Positions 63,369 to 64,000 of a stretch of 64,000 bases of DNA are shown here, piece after piece. The notes below the pieces were generated by a model that ran no database searches, was not told the DNA's origin, and saw only the letters and a program-made list of their open reading frames with translations. The DNA lies in the IMG/VR virus record IMGVR_UViG_3300036766_000837, positions 32,001 to 96,000 of that record. One strand, written 5' to 3'. Position 1 is the stretch's first letter. Each line of letters starts with the position of its first letter. A program made the translations under genes and the position numbers. Source of the stretch: a virus.

Positions 63369-64000
63369 ACAAATAGATAGATGCCGATGTTGTGGTAAGG
63401 CGTGGTTGACCCAATATCTTGATTTGGGATATCAACCATTGGCGAATGAATATTCCAAAACAGACTCTATCATCGAAAAAAGATTTCCACTTAAAGTAAA
63501 TTTATGCGAGAATTGTTTCCATTCTCAATTATCTATTGTAGTTAATCCAGATTTAATATTTAAAGAATATCTATATGTAAGTGGGACAACATGGACTTTA
63601 CATAATCATTTTAAACTTTTGGCTGAAGATGCGATGAGGCGTGTAGGACAAAACCATCCGATGGTTCTTGATATAGCCTGTAATGATGGAACCCTTCTGC
63701 AAAAATTTAAGGCTTTTGGGGCTGAGGTTTATGGTGTTGATCCGGCAAAGAATCTTCGCAAAATAACTACAGAGAAAAATCTTAACGTGATAGTGGATTA
63801 TTGGAACTCTGAAACAGCTAAGAGGCTAAGTAAAAGATTTGATATCATAACAGCTACTAATGTTTTTGCCCATGTTGATAATATACAAGAATTTCTAATA
63901 ACATGTATGGGATATCTCAATCCGGATGGTATTATCATTTTGGAGTTTCCATACTGCAATGAATTAATTGTCAACAATGAGTTCGACACGATATATCATG
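63325..64000 (+). CDS. NDP-sugar C-methyltransferase (Zn-binding, class I SAM), truncated by window end
   Basis: Not in the ORF track. Manual translation: CRCCG...LDLGYQPLANEY...CENCFHSQL...YLYVSG...VLDIACNDGTLL...GVDPA...TNVFAH...EFDTIYH. Confidence 0.88.
   Translation, partial: MGPSKTYKAGQYLYEQIDRCRCCGKAWLTQYLDLGYQPLANEYSKTDSIIEKRFPLKVNLCENCFHSQLSIVVNPDLIFKEYLYVSGTTWTLHNHFKLLAEDAMRRVGQNHPMVLDIACNDGTLLQKFKAFGAEVYGVDPAKNLRKITTEKNLNVIVDYWNSETAKRLSKRFDIITATNVFAHVDNIQEFLITCMGYLNPDGIIILEFPYCNELIVNNEFDTIYH

Noticed and set aside
1-64000. Stop-codon reassignment
   Set aside because: Core genes are full length and densely packed under the standard code, and no suppressor anticodon is present among the three tRNAs.

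Overview
64 kb of a large tailed dsDNA phage genome. It is siphovirus-like: 2062-aa tape measure, frameshifted tail chaperones, no sheath gene. No integrase, repressor or CRISPR array is seen. Nearly everything from ~59.5 kb leftward is on the minus strand. In transcription order it holds an intein-containing GT4 and class II RNR; an amino-sugar/glycosyltransferase cluster; two tRNAs; the head module (portal, ChaB-protease-scaffold, major capsid); a 1737-aa mosaic protein with ~90 perfectly phased 14-aa repeats; neck and tail genes; IMPDH; the replisome (intein-DnaB, primase, SSB, a two-gene split DnaE with an HNH intein); RecA, Cas4-like nuclease, RuvC; and terminase. A divergent plus-strand arm from ~59.7 kb carries a ThyX that appears catalytically dead, a putative endolysin, tRNA-His, an NDP-sugar epimerase/dehydratase and a sugar C-methyltransferase. 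The layout resembles large actinobacterial siphoviruses (inference only; the host is not determined). Best candidate for a new system: a phage-encoded rare-sugar biosynthesis and glycosylation pathway (dehydratase, C-methyltransferase, PLP aminotransferase, N-acetyltransferase, 3x GT2, GT4), alongside a giant Ser/Thr-rich repeat fibre with a swapped high-GC tip. Together these suggest a possible glycosylated virion coat. Other highlights: the split DnaE with a duplicated segment, a promoter-in-hairpin switch on a homing endonuclease, a slippery site with pseudoknot, a nested scaffold start, and three tRNAs that deviate at normally invariant positions. All calls come from reading motifs by eye; no database searches were run.
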